This document shows positions 9,938 to 19,033 of a stretch of 64,000 nt of DNA, in pieces. Made by a program: the position numbers and the translations under genes. Origin of the DNA: a virus. A model generated the notes under the pieces. It did no database searches. It saw only the letters and a list, made by a program, of their open reading frames with translations, and was not told where the DNA came from. Positions within the stretch are counted from its first letter, which is position 1; each line of letters opens with the position of its first letter. The DNA lies in the IMG/VR virus record IMGVR_UViG_3300033233_000006, positions 1-64,000 of that record; one strand, 5' to 3'.

Positions 9938-10194
9938 GACCGCACCTCGGCGTAATCGAGCGCGTCCTTCACGGACGACACGGCACCCATTTCCTTGAGC
10001 ACGGCGAGCGCCCGGCGGAGCCCGGCCTTGGTGGCGGCCTCGACGCGAATCGCCGTGTGCCCGACGTACCACGACGGGGTCTGCCGGGCACGCACGCCCG
10101 GCAGCTTGGCCCGGTTGACCGCCCGGACCGCGTCGGTGACGCCCGGACCACCCTCCGACCGCTTGAGCTTGGTGTTCGTCCACGAGTAGCTCAT
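9934..10194 (-). CDS. Hypothetical protein
   Basis: TGCAAC motif plus GGAGGAGG RBS before MSYSWTNT. Confidence 0.75.
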   Translation of the reverse strand: MSYSWTNTKLKRSEGGPGVTDAVRAVNRAKLPGVRARQTPSWYVGHTAIRVEAATKAGLRRALAVLKEMGAVSSVKDALDYAEVRS

Positions 10195-10837
10195 GTGCGT
10201 TCCTCCTCCGCCGGACTGACACTCGAACCTGCCGGAGTTGCAGCGCGCCGAACTCGGACCTTCCGCCCCGCGCCGGGGCACGTCCACCCCAGTGAGCCGT
10301 GGGTTGCTATGCGACCGTCGAAGACGGACATGGGCCGGTGACAGCCGGGGCACTTGCGCTTGACGATCGGGGTCATGGGCGAGCGGCTCCTTCTTGCCGC
10401 CACCAGTAGAACGGCGGAGAGCCGCGAATCTGACAGCGCATCGCCTCGGCGACAGCGACTCGGCATCAGCGCCGATGGCCCTCTAGCGGGCGATCCCATG
10501 GGACTCGCGGCCCAAAGGCCGCACCCTACTCCTTCTTCTCCTTCCTCCGCGTGCTTACCGTCACCCGACCGCTTGCCGTGGTCTTGACGCGAACGCCGCC
10601 CGCCTCGACGACGACGTGGGAGAGCTGGCGCGTTGTGCCCTCGGCGCTGCTGCTCGGGTTGACCATCGTCACCGTCATGGCCGCGCTCATGGCTCAGTCC
10701 CACCCCTTCTGCTTGCGGCGCGCATCGTCGCGACGGCGTCGCTCCTTCTTTGTTGGGCGTGGCGGTGAACCTCGCGACCCCGCCGTTCCAGTCGTTCCTG
10801 TGTCCGAGCCCGTTGCCGGGCTGTCCGATCTTCTTGG

Positions 10838-11167
10838 TCACGCTTCCTCCACGTAGGCCCGAACCTCGGCCCCGGTCGCCTTGACCGCCGCGGCGTCCAA
10901 GTGATCGCCGCAGCGCTCGCAGCTCGCCTTCCCCTTCTCGTACGGGTGCGCCGTAAGGAGGTCGTGCTTGCAGCCCGGCAGCGGCTCGCGGTTGTATCCG
11001 CCGGGGTTGGCGTTGTTCTCGTGCAAGTGCGTGTAGGCCGCCGTGAACGTCTTGAACGGCCCCTGCGTGTCGTAGTCGGGGTTCTCCCCGTAGGGCCACT
11101 CCTGAAGGTCGTAGAACCACTTCCCCGGCGTCTTCTCGTAGAACCGGCAGTCCGCTCCCGTGCTCAC
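10838..11167 (-). CDS. Hypothetical protein
   Basis: TGCAAC motif plus GGAGG RBS. Confidence 0.75.
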   Translation of the reverse strand: MSTGADCRFYEKTPGKWFYDLQEWPYGENPDYDTQGPFKTFTAAYTHLHENNANPGGYNREPLPGCKHDLLTAHPYEKGKASCERCGDHLDAAAVKATGAEVRAYVEEA

Positions 11168-11236
11168 TCGGTCACCTCCGCTTCGCTGACACTTGAGCTT
11201 CGACGAGTTGCAGCCATCCGGTGCATCTGTGATCCG

Positions 11237-12028
11237 TTACCACAGCGGAAGCTGGTCGTCTCCGAGCAGCGTCGTCTTCCCGAGCCGGTCGTCCGTGGAA
11301 CTCGACACCGGCCCAGTCCACGCGCTCGTCTTGTAGTCGACCGTGAGCGTGCGCACGGTGAGGTTGTCGCGGTCGCCGTTGAAGATCGCCGCGTGGAGCT
11401 TGCCGCGGCCCTCGCCGTCGAGCCCGATCGCGTGCTCGAAGAACTTCGGCTTCTCGAAGCTCTCGTGCCCGAACAGGACGGTGCCGAACCGTCCGTCGTA
11501 CTCCTCGGCCCAGAAGCGCGAGCTTCCCGTGAAGCCGGGGATCGGACGGCCCGTCTGGGGGTCGAGGTAGCGGCAGCGGAGCACGCGCGCATCGAGATCC
11601 GCCTCGCGTCGCATCTCCGGGAGGATTCCGCCGTGGACAAGAAGGAGGCCCATCTCCTCGACCCTGAGCGTGACCGGAAGGCTCGCCATCCAGTGAACCT
11701 CGTCGGCTCGAAGCGCCTTGAGGAAGCCGTCGCTGTTCGCGTGGCACGGCTGAGTCTCTCCCGGTTTGGGAACCCCGAACCACGCGCGGACGTACGCGTC
11801 CTCGTGGTTGCCGCGGACGACCTCGAAGCGACGGCGCTGCCCACAGCGTGACTTGAAGCTGCCCGAGCGCGCGAGGCGCAAGCAGCCGAAGCTGTCATCG
11901 CCGCGGTCCACCAGGTCTCCGAGCATGAGCACGCGGTCGACACGGGCGTCCTCGATCCGGCCAAGCATCTCGACCAGCTCGGCCTTATGCCCGTGAATGT
12001 CCCCGACAACCGCGATCCTCATGTTCAT
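11237..12028 (-). CDS. Calcineurin-like metallophosphoesterase (Ser/Thr phosphatase family)
   Basis: GDIHG, GDLVDRG, GNHE, VHGG, FGH motifs. Confidence 0.92.
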   Translation of the reverse strand: MNMRIAVVGDIHGHKAELVEMLGRIEDARVDRVLMLGDLVDRGDDSFGCLRLARSGSFKSRCGQRRRFEVVRGNHEDAYVRAWFGVPKPGETQPCHANSDGFLKALRADEVHWMASLPVTLRVEEMGLLLVHGGILPEMRREADLDARVLRCRYLDPQTGRPIPGFTGSSRFWAEEYDGRFGTVLFGHESFEKPKFFEHAIGLDGEGRGKLHAAIFNGDRDNLTVRTLTVDYKTSAWTGPVSSSTDDRLGKTTLLGDDQLPLW

Positions 12029-12069
12029 TCCCTTCACTCCTCCGACACACGGACGGCAAGGAGTTGCAC

Positions 12070-12378
12070 TCACTCGCCGCTGAACAGGTCGTCCTTCTTG
12101 TTCTTCAAGAGACGGCACCCATTCGGGATCGCCGCCACCTTGGCCGACGCGATCAGGGTGAGCGCCGCGAAGACGGCGGTGTCCGAGTCGCAGGCGAGCG
12201 TCTCGCTCCCGAACAGGTTCCCCTGCGTCACGTAGTAGGTTCCGGCGACGCCTTCACGGACCTCGGTGAGCCGCTCCCCGACCTTGCCGCGGAAAACGAT
12301 CCGGTAGCCCGTCAAGACCTCCGGCTGGTCGTTCCACGACAGCGGCATCTTGCCGCTCGTCTCGCACGTCTTCGCCAT
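12070..12378 (-). CDS. Hypothetical protein
   Basis: TGCAAC motif plus GAGGAG RBS. Confidence 0.75.
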   Translation of the reverse strand: MAKTCETSGKMPLSWNDQPEVLTGYRIVFRGKVGERLTEVREGVAGTYYVTQGNLFGSETLACDSDTAVFAALTLIASAKVAAIPNGCRLLKNKKDDLFSGE

Positions 12379-12429
12379 GGTTCGTTCTCCTCGATCTCCT
12401 GACACGCCGAGCCGGAGGAGTTGCAGCCA

Positions 12430-12465
12430 GTCGTAAGTGCCGGTGGCGTCGTAAGTGCCGGTGGC
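12430..12465 (+). repeat. Tandem 18-bp repeat GTCGTAAGTGCCGGTGGC x2; third copy inverted at 5699-5716
   Basis: Read directly. Confidence 0.85.
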
Positions 12466-12550
12466 GTCGTCGGAGTGACGGGTCGGGCTAGCACCCGACG
12501 CCGGACCGGAGCACCCCTAGCGGGACACCCCGGCCCCTTCGGGCCGCGGC

Positions 12551-12790
12551 CTAGACCTCCTTCTCGTTGGCGAAGAACAGCTCGACGACGAGCCTGCCCA
12601 GCTCGCCCGCGTCGGCGAACAGGTCGAGTCCGGTGTGGGCGTGGATCGGCGCTCCCTCGGCGAGCTTCCGGGCGAGCTGGAGCACGCGAGCGCGCTTCTG
12701 CTTGAGCTGCTCGGCCTCGGCCTTGGCCGCCGCCTTCTTTGCTTCTTCGGCGGCCCGCGCCGCCTTCTTGGCCGTGGTGACCATGTTCAC
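12551..12790 (-). CDS. Small Ala/Lys-rich protein
   Basis: Coupled to upstream gene. Confidence 0.65.
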   Translation of the reverse strand: MNMVTTAKKAARAAEEAKKAAAKAEAEQLKQKRARVLQLARKLAEGAPIHAHTGLDLFADAGELGRLVVELFFANEKEV

Positions 12791-12984
12791 TTGACCTCCA
12801 CATCGGCACTGATGTCGTGCCAGTCCGTGATCGAGGCGGTCGCGTCCTCGATCTCCATGTTCGTCCCGATCGTGTCCTCGAACTTGAGGTTGTGAACGAT
12901 CGCCCCAGCGATCTCCCGCGCGTCCCGGAGGTGGTCGTCGGAGTCGAGCGTCACCTTCACCGTGATCGTCACCGTTCTGAGCAT
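12787..12984 (-). CDS. Hypothetical protein
   Basis: TGCAAC motif plus GGAGG RBS. Confidence 0.7.
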   Translation of the reverse strand: MLRTVTITVKVTLDSDDHLRDAREIAGAIVHNLKFEDTIGTNMEIEDATASITDWHDISADVEVK

Positions 12985-13074
12985 GCGTTCCTCCGGTCCT
13001 ACAACACCGGGAGCGGCCCGAGTTGCATGCGATCGCAACTGGGGGCCGCCCCGGAACTTGTCTTGTTGTTTCCC

Positions 13075-13323
13075 TTACCAGGGCTTGCCCGCCTGCTCGA
13101 ATCCGCGCGTCTCGACCTTCACGAGCCAGCCGTGGATCGAGCCCCGGTAGCCGTAGGGAAAGACCACCGCGCGCTCGATCGTGAAGTCCGTCCGGTTGCC
13201 AGCCTGGACATACTTCGCGTGGTTGAAGGCGTCGGCGAGCTTCTGCGCCATGAACTCCTCGGCGACGAAACCGAGCACGTTGAGGTAGGTCTCGGTAACC
13301 GTCGCGGCAGCGGCGGCGGCCAT
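13075..13323 (-). CDS. Hypothetical protein
   Basis: Immediately follows 13325..14701. Confidence 0.7.
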   Translation of the reverse strand: MAAAAAATVTETYLNVLGFVAEEFMAQKLADAFNHAKYVQAGNRTDFTIERAVVFPYGYRGSIHGWLVKVETRGFEQAGKPW

Positions 13324-13324
13324 G

Positions 13325-14701
13325 TTAGTACTTCGCTCCGGCGAGCCCCGACGCGCTCACGAAGCCCTCCGCACCCGGCAGCGGCCCCATGACCTCCGTC
13401 TCGGCGTCCTCGGCGCCGACAGCGGTCGGCTTGACCGCCTCGGTGCCCTTCTCGCCCTTCGCCGTGATCCGCTCGAAGAGCTTCTGCTGGCTCGACGAGG
13501 CGAAGGTTCCGTACTTCTCGACCTTCGCGGCGATGTCCTTGAGCGTGCCCTGCTCCCAACCGTTGAGCGCGCCGAGCTTGGTCGGATCGGCGAGCACGGC
13601 GAGTCCGGCGTCGATCACCGGCTTGGCGGCGGCCTTGGCCGCCTCCTTTGCCGCGTCGATCGCGACCTTGCTCGCCTCGGCCTTCGCGAGCAGCTTGAGG
13701 AGGAAGCCCTTCTGGCTCTCCGACGCGAAGCTGCCGTAGCTCTTGACCTTGCGGCAGATGTCCTTGACCGCGCCCTGCTCGTAGCTGTTGAGGCGGTCGA
13801 GCTTCTCCTTCGAGCCGAGCACCTCGGTCCCGCGGTCGAGGAGCTGCTGGATCTCGGTCGCCTTGGCCTTCGCGAGCGCGAGCGCCGCGATCTGCTCCGG
13901 CGTGAGGGGAGCGGGGAGCGACCCGTCCGGCTCGATCGAGGAGCTGGTCGCCTCGGCGGCGCCAACCGCGGCGCCCTCCATCTCGGCTTCGAGCTGCATC
14001 TCGTCCTTCTCGACCGTCACGGGGGTCGTGCCGGGCGTCCACGTCTCGATCTTCTTGAGCGCGTTGGCGAAGAGGCTGACCGCCTTCGCCGATCCCCACT
14101 TCCGCTTGAGCGTGTGCCGGTGCGGGCTCGCCGCCTTGTAGCCGATCTTCGCGAGCGCCCGACGCTCGTACCAGTCGATCGGGCACTTCTCGGTCGCGTG
14201 GAAGCTCGGGAGCGCGTGGTTCGCCTTGAGCTTCGCCTGCGCGGCGTTGAACCGCTCGATCGCCTTCTCGGTCGTCTCCAGCCCCGCCTTCACGAGCGCG
14301 TTGCCGATCGCCTGCTCGTTCTTGGCATCCTTCTCCTTCGCCATCTCGATCTTCCACCGCTTGAGCAGTTCGAGCTTCTCGACCGACTCCGGCAAGGCAT
14401 CCATCCAGTCACTTATGCACACCGAGCCGACCGGGTTGAACACCACCTCGGCGGTCCGGGTGATCCCCTTCGTGATCGCGGCGATCGCGACCGTCAGGTC
14501 CGGCGCGTCGAACTTGATCGCGAAGAGCCAGAGGAGGTGCTGCTGGCCGCAGAGCGTGCAGGTTCCGCCCTCGGGCGTGTTGTCCTTGCCGAGAAACTGG
14601 GGGTGCGCGTACTTCGCGTCCCAGTCCGAGACGCCGAACTTCTTGAACGTTTCCGCCCTCTTGAGATTGTGGTCGGAAGCCGTCGCCTTCGAGAGAGCCA
14701 T
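13325..14701 (-). CDS. Protein with N-terminal CxxC region and a duplicated C-terminal helical domain
   Basis: CTLCGQQH; LNSYEQGAVKDI..YGSFASESQ vs LNGWEQGTLKDI..YGTFASSSQ. Confidence 0.85.
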   Translation of the reverse strand: MALSKATASDHNLKRAETFKKFGVSDWDAKYAHPQFLGKDNTPEGGTCTLCGQQHLLWLFAIKFDAPDLTVAIAAITKGITRTAEVVFNPVGSVCISDWMDALPESVEKLELLKRWKIEMAKEKDAKNEQAIGNALVKAGLETTEKAIERFNAAQAKLKANHALPSFHATEKCPIDWYERRALAKIGYKAASPHRHTLKRKWGSAKAVSLFANALKKIETWTPGTTPVTVEKDEMQLEAEMEGAAVGAAEATSSSIEPDGSLPAPLTPEQIAALALAKAKATEIQQLLDRGTEVLGSKEKLDRLNSYEQGAVKDICRKVKSYGSFASESQKGFLLKLLAKAEASKVAIDAAKEAAKAAAKPVIDAGLAVLADPTKLGALNGWEQGTLKDIAAKVEKYGTFASSSQQKLFERITAKGEKGTEAVKPTAVGAEDAETEVMGPLPGAEGFVSASGLAGAKY

Positions 14702-14817
14702 GTTTCGCGGTCTCCTTCAACTAGTGAACACCGGCACGTCGAGGAGTTGCAGTAAGTTATACCTCACGGGTAGAATAGCGAAGCGCGTAGTCGTAAGCCG
14801 ACGCGGCGGAGGTTCTT

Positions 14818-15321
14818 GTGCGATCCCACGGCGAAGGGGGCCGGAAACCCTCGCGTCTATATCTGGCGTGGACGCGGATGCGGCGCCGGTGCAATAACCC
14901 CAACCACAACACCTATGCCCACTACGGCGGGCGCGGTGTGCGGGTCGTCCCAGAATGGGACGACTTTGTCGTCTTCCGCGATTACGTGGTCGCCAATCTC
15001 GGCGAACCGCCACCTCGGTCGTCGATCGACCGGATCGACAACAACGGCAACTACGCTCCGGGGAACATCCGGCTTGCCACAGCCAAACAGCAAGCGCGCA
15101 ATCGCCGAAGCGGTCGACACATTACCCATCCCGGCACTGGCGAGATGCTCCTCTTGTGCGAATGGGCTGAGCGCCTTCACTCGACGCCAAGCGTCCTGCT
15201 CATGCGCATCAAGATGGGCTGGCCGCTCGAACGCGCGCTGAGTGAACCAGTCGACCGAACGGCGGGACGCTTCCGATCGAAGTCAGCTCTCCGACGGTCC
15301 AAACGCGCGAGGGGCTACTAG
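14818..15321 (+). CDS. HNH homing endonuclease-like protein, opposite strand to flanking genes
   Basis: YGGRGVRV..EW..F..F; SIDRIDNNGNYAPGNIRLAT. Confidence 0.85.
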   Translation: MRSHGEGGRKPSRLYLAWTRMRRRCNNPNHNTYAHYGGRGVRVVPEWDDFVVFRDYVVANLGEPPPRSSIDRIDNNGNYAPGNIRLATAKQQARNRRSGRHITHPGTGEMLLLCEWAERLHSTPSVLLMRIKMGWPLERALSEPVDRTAGRFRSKSALRRSKRARGY

Positions 15322-15384
15322 CGGGCACCATTCGGGGGGCGGGGAGTCGAGACCGTCCCGGCTCCCCGCCCCAAGGATCGTAGG

Positions 15385-15714
15385 TCACTTCACCCCTTCG
15401 AGGAGCCGCACGAGCATCCGCACCGCGCGGTCCTGCTCCGCGGCGCACGCCGTCACCAGCTCGATCACGAGCGAGCCTTCGGAGACGTTGATCACCCACT
15501 CCTCGGCGGCCACATCGCTCAGCTCGCACGCGCGAGCGGCGAGCTTGAACGTCGTCGCCGCGACGGCGCGGTAGTCGCCGCTGTGAACCCCGTCGAGCGT
15601 GAGAACCGCCGACATGCGCGAGGAGCTGGCGAACACGACGCCACTCGCCGTCACCCACGACATGCCGCCCGCCCTGGGCGTCTCGACGGCCTTCGCCTTC
15701 ACCCGGATCACCAT
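15385..15714 (-). CDS. Hypothetical protein
   Basis: TGCAAC motif plus RBS. Confidence 0.75.
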   Translation of the reverse strand: MVIRVKAKAVETPRAGGMSWVTASGVVFASSSRMSAVLTLDGVHSGDYRAVAATTFKLAARACELSDVAAEEWVINVSEGSLVIELVTACAAEQDRAVRMLVRLLEGVK

Positions 15715-15920
15715 GGTTCACGTCTCCTCGATCACCCAACACGCGAGCGCCAACGAGTTGCAGCAGCCATCTCCCCAAACAAAGCCGCGCGCGGGTTCCC
15801 GGAGTTGTCGGTCAGGGCCGTAGCCCCTCCGCTTCCCTCCGAGCCCGCGCGCGACCCCCGAAACGGCGTCCCCGAACGAGCGCGCGAAACCGTTCGCGCC
15901 TATTGTTTTACCCTCGGCCC

Positions 15921-16136
15921 CTAGACCTCGTCGCTATCGCCAAGTGCCGGGCAGTAGTTGAGGTGAGCGAGCACCGCGCCGCGAAACTTCGCGTGGTCGA
16001 GCGAGAGCCGGAACGCCCGACTCTTGATCCAGGCTTCGATCTCCTCGCCCAGCTCGGCAGCGAGCTGGAGCACCGGAGCGCCCGGTTCCGCCTTCCCGGC
16101 GAGCGCGCCCATCGTCCGCTTCTTCGGCTTGCCCAT
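15921..16136 (-). CDS. Hypothetical protein
   Basis: TGCAAC motif plus GGAGG RBS. Confidence 0.7.
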   Translation of the reverse strand: MGKPKKRTMGALAGKAEPGAPVLQLAAELGEEIEAWIKSRAFRLSLDHAKFRGAVLAHLNYCPALGDSDEV

Positions 16137-16283
16137 GTTCGCGTCCTCCGCCCCCATGACACCCGAACCTCGACGAGTTGCAGTTCGCTTCCCGTTCGCT
16201 ACCGAGAGGAGCGGGGAGGGACCGGGAACACCCCAGTCCCTCCCCATAGAACGCGTGAACACGGAGATTGAGTTGGTCGCGTC

Positions 16284-16541
16284 CTACTCGAACGCGGAGT
16301 TGAGCTGGTCGGCGAGCCCGTCGATCTCGCCCATCGAGAGCGGCGAGCCGTGGTAGCCAGCGATCGTCGCCAGCCCGTCCTCGTCCGGCGTCTGGCCCTC
16401 CAGCAAGTCCTGGTGGCGCCGGAGAGCTGCGAGGATCGTGTCGAGCTGCCGGAGCGTGAGCGGCACCTCGGCCTGGCTCCGGCTCGTGTTCCTGAACACC
16501 GGCTTCTTGTCGGCCTTCGGCTTCTTGTTCGTCTTCGCCAT
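16284..16541 (-). CDS. Hypothetical protein
   Basis: TGCAAC motif plus GAGGAGG RBS. Confidence 0.75.
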   Translation of the reverse strand: MAKTNKKPKADKKPVFRNTSRSQAEVPLTLRQLDTILAALRRHQDLLEGQTPDEDGLATIAGYHGSPLSMGEIDGLADQLNSAFE

Positions 16542-16560
16542 GTTCGTCCTCCTCGACCCC

Positions 16561-16764
16561 TCAACCCGCGACCGTCGAGGAGTTGCAGCCCGTGTTCGCT
16601 TCCTTGGTCCGCTTGTTCATGCACCGCGCGATCTGTTCCGCCTCGAAGCGGTAGCAGCCGAAGCTTTTGCACTCGCCCGTGACTCGGTCGAAGACCTCGA
16701 AGCAGTCGGGCCGCTCCCACCTCTCGGCGAAGCGCCGAACTCCGAACCTCCTCGGCTTGCCCAC
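16561..16764 (-). CDS. Hypothetical protein
   Basis: Fills the leftward run. Confidence 0.55.
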   Translation of the reverse strand: MGKPRRFGVRRFAERWERPDCFEVFDRVTGECKSFGCYRFEAEQIARCMNKRTKEANTGCNSSTVAG

Positions 16765-16765
16765 G

Positions 16766-17011
16766 CTACACCACCAGCGCTTGCGCGAGGTGCCGGAGGA
16801 AGTGACGCACGTCGCCGTTCACGAAGTCGATCCGGCGGAGCTTGTCGCCGATCTCTCGCTGCTCGGCGAGCGGCGCCGACTTGATCGCGTCGATCACGAC
16901 GCCGTAGCTCATGCCGAAGTTGGGCCCGGACGGGCCGTCAACCGTGAACGTCTCGTCCCGGTCGATCCCCTTCTCCGCGAAGAACTTCTTGAGGTAGCTG
17001 GTGGTCCTCAT
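16766..17011 (-). CDS. Hypothetical protein
   Basis: TGCAAC motif plus GAGGAGG RBS. Confidence 0.75.
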   Translation of the reverse strand: MRTTSYLKKFFAEKGIDRDETFTVDGPSGPNFGMSYGVVIDAIKSAPLAEQREIGDKLRRIDFVNGDVRHFLRHLAQALVV

Positions 17012-17062
17012 GCTCGCGTCCTCCTCGATTACCTGACACCCGAACCCGGACGAGTTGCAGCC

Positions 17063-17386
17063 CTAATCGAGCAAAGCGTCGAGTCGCGCCCGAGCGTCGG
17101 CGACCCTCGCCGCGCAGCTGAACGGTCGCCGTGCGCATTTCTGCGCGTCGTCGAAGCTCACGTAGCGCGAGCCGCACCGCTCGCACGCGTGCCCAGCCAC
17201 GCACGGTGCCGCGTCGAGGAGCGACTGCATCCGCCCGCGCTCGATCAGCTCCTCGCGGCTCTCGACCCCGAGAGCGTTGAGCGCCTGCTTGAGCGCCTGG
17301 GGGTCGTGCTCGGCGAGGAATCCGTGAATCCGCGCATCGAGAACCATGACTGACAGCGCCCGTGTGAGCTTCGTCTCCCCGTCCAC
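17063..17386 (-). CDS. Hypothetical protein with CxxC
   Basis: CERCGSRY; GGAGG RBS. Confidence 0.65.
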   Translation of the reverse strand: MDGETKLTRALSVMVLDARIHGFLAEHDPQALKQALNALGVESREELIERGRMQSLLDAAPCVAGHACERCGSRYVSFDDAQKCARRPFSCAARVADARARLDALLD

Positions 17387-17387
17387 G

Positions 17388-17762
17388 CTACACCTCCTCC
17401 GCGGCGAGGATCACCCGAACAGCCGCGGCCAGCTCTCGCCCGAGCCCCGCGGCGACCGCGTCGTTGTCGTTGCCGATGCCTTCGATCTCCTTGACGAGCT
17501 GGAGCGCCAAGCTCCGGGCCCCGAGCACGAGTGCCTTGCGCCCCTTGGCCGTGATGCGGACATCGGCAAGCCCACCGCCAGCGCTCTCCCCAGCACGCGT
17601 CGTGACCGAGACGAGTCCGGCGTCTCGAAGCTCCGAGACGATGGACCAGCCAGCGAGAGACGGCGAGCACACGAGCGGTCCGCCCGACTCGGCGAGCCGG
17701 AGAAGCGTGTAGGTCTGGTCCTTGTCGAGCGCTGCGAGCTTCTTGGTCGCCTTCGCGTCCAT
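17388..17762 (-). CDS. Winged-helix (MarR-like) protein
   Basis: SELRDAGLV...VRITAKGR. Confidence 0.65.
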   Translation of the reverse strand: MDAKATKKLAALDKDQTYTLLRLAESGGPLVCSPSLAGWSIVSELRDAGLVSVTTRAGESAGGGLADVRITAKGRKALVLGARSLALQLVKEIEGIGNDNDAVAAGLGRELAAAVRVILAAEEV

Positions 17763-17963
17763 GTTCGTTCTCCTCGATACCTCAACACCCGACCGCCGAC
17801 GAGTTGCAGCCGCTCGATCCCGTTCTACCCTCGGCTGTTATGCGCGAGAGAGCAGGCACCGGGGAGGAGCCACCCTCCCCGGCACCCTAGCCCGTACTCT
17901 TTCACGGTCACGATCCCCCGCGATCCGACGGGCCTCAAAACCGTCGAGGGACCGGGCTTGGTG

Positions 17964-18419
17964 CTACGCCTCGATCACGTCACCGCGGGAGACCTTCTCC
18001 TCGCCGTGCTCGAAGGCGACCTTGAGCGACGGGAACCCCTCGCGCTCGAACGTCACGCGGCCCTCGCCGAACTCCGCGTGGAACACCGCGCGACCCCCGA
18101 GCACCTTGCGACCGCGCGTGAAGACGAGCTTCTGCGCGCCGCGCGCCAGCCGCTCCTCCTCCGAGACCGGCGCCATGTCCACGAGGCGGTAGCTGTTCTC
18201 GCCGCTCGCCTCGATCACCCAGCCCTGGCAGCGGAGCTGGAAGACGCGCCACGAGACGGACGCGAGCGACAGCCCGCTCTTCTCGGCGAGCGTGTCCTTG
18301 TGGACGTACTCGCCCACGGCGTCGAAGAGGAGCGCGTCCACCGTCTCGGCGCGCTCACCCATGGGGTGACCCTCGCGCTCGGCGTCATACGTCCTGGTGG
18401 TCGTCGTCTCGGTGTTCAT
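17964..18419 (-). CDS. Winged HTH protein (BirA/HTH_11-like)
   Basis: LAEKSGLSLASVSWRVFQLRCQGWVIEASGENSYRL. Confidence 0.7.
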   Translation of the reverse strand: MNTETTTTRTYDAEREGHPMGERAETVDALLFDAVGEYVHKDTLAEKSGLSLASVSWRVFQLRCQGWVIEASGENSYRLVDMAPVSEEERLARGAQKLVFTRGRKVLGGRAVFHAEFGEGRVTFEREGFPSLKVAFEHGEEKVSRGDVIEA

Positions 18420-18546
18420 GGCGTTCTCGGCTCCTGGGAGGGTTGGCCGGATCACCGGACCGCCACACGCGGTCCTCGCGTCCGGGGTTGTCGGAGGCGT
18501 CACACTCGCCCCCCTCGCTCTCCTGAACGACTCGTGTCTCGATTCC

Positions 18547-18630
18547 TTACGGCGTCTTCTCCGTCACCTTGATCGCGAGCTTCTTCGTCACCTTGATCGA
18601 GAGGCGACGCGTCACCTTGATCGGCCCCAT
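18547..18630 (-). CDS. 27-aa micropeptide MGPIKVTRRLSIKVTKKLAIKVTEKTP
   Basis: Own TGCAAC motif and GAGGAG RBS; triple IKVT repeat. Confidence 0.65.
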   Translation of the reverse strand: MGPIKVTRRLSIKVTKKLAIKVTEKTP

Positions 18631-18718
18631 GTTCGTTCTCCTCGACTCGTGAACGCCGGCACCGGGAGGAGTTGCACCCTCCCGGTGCCTTTCTCGCAAC
18701 TAGGCCCCTCGTAAGGGG

Positions 18719-19033
18719 TTAGCCATCTTCGCCGCCCTTCGACGCGAGCGTGTTCGTCGGAACGTAGTGGGCGAGCACCATGTCCCGGACCGTGTCGAAG
18801 ACGAACGCGACAGCCGCGCGCCGCGTCTCCGGCGTGTCCGACCCCTCGCCGGAGGGGTACTTGATCGCCTTGTAAGCGGCGTGCTTCTCCGGCGCCGCGG
18901 CCTTGAGGAACCCCCGGAGCTGATCTCGGAGCATGGCCCCCACGACGGCGCCCTTCGTGATCGAGGTGACGCCGTTCGCGTCGAGGTGCGACCCGACCAC
19001 GTCATTCAGGTTGAGCCTCGCGTCTCCGTTCAC
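18719..19033 (-). CDS. Hypothetical protein
   Basis: Downstream of the TGCAAC motif at 19058-19083. Confidence 0.65.
   Translation of the reverse strand: MNGDARLNLNDVVGSHLDANGVTSITKGAVVGAMLRDQLRGFLKAAAPEKHAAYKAIKYPSGEGSDTPETRRAAVAFVFDTVRDMVLAHYVPTNTLASKGGEDG

Noticed and set aside
4430-14755. Long plus-strand ORFs (381, 612, 479, 477 aa)
   Set aside because: Shadow frames of the leftward genes, which have RBSs, promoter motifs and protein motifs.
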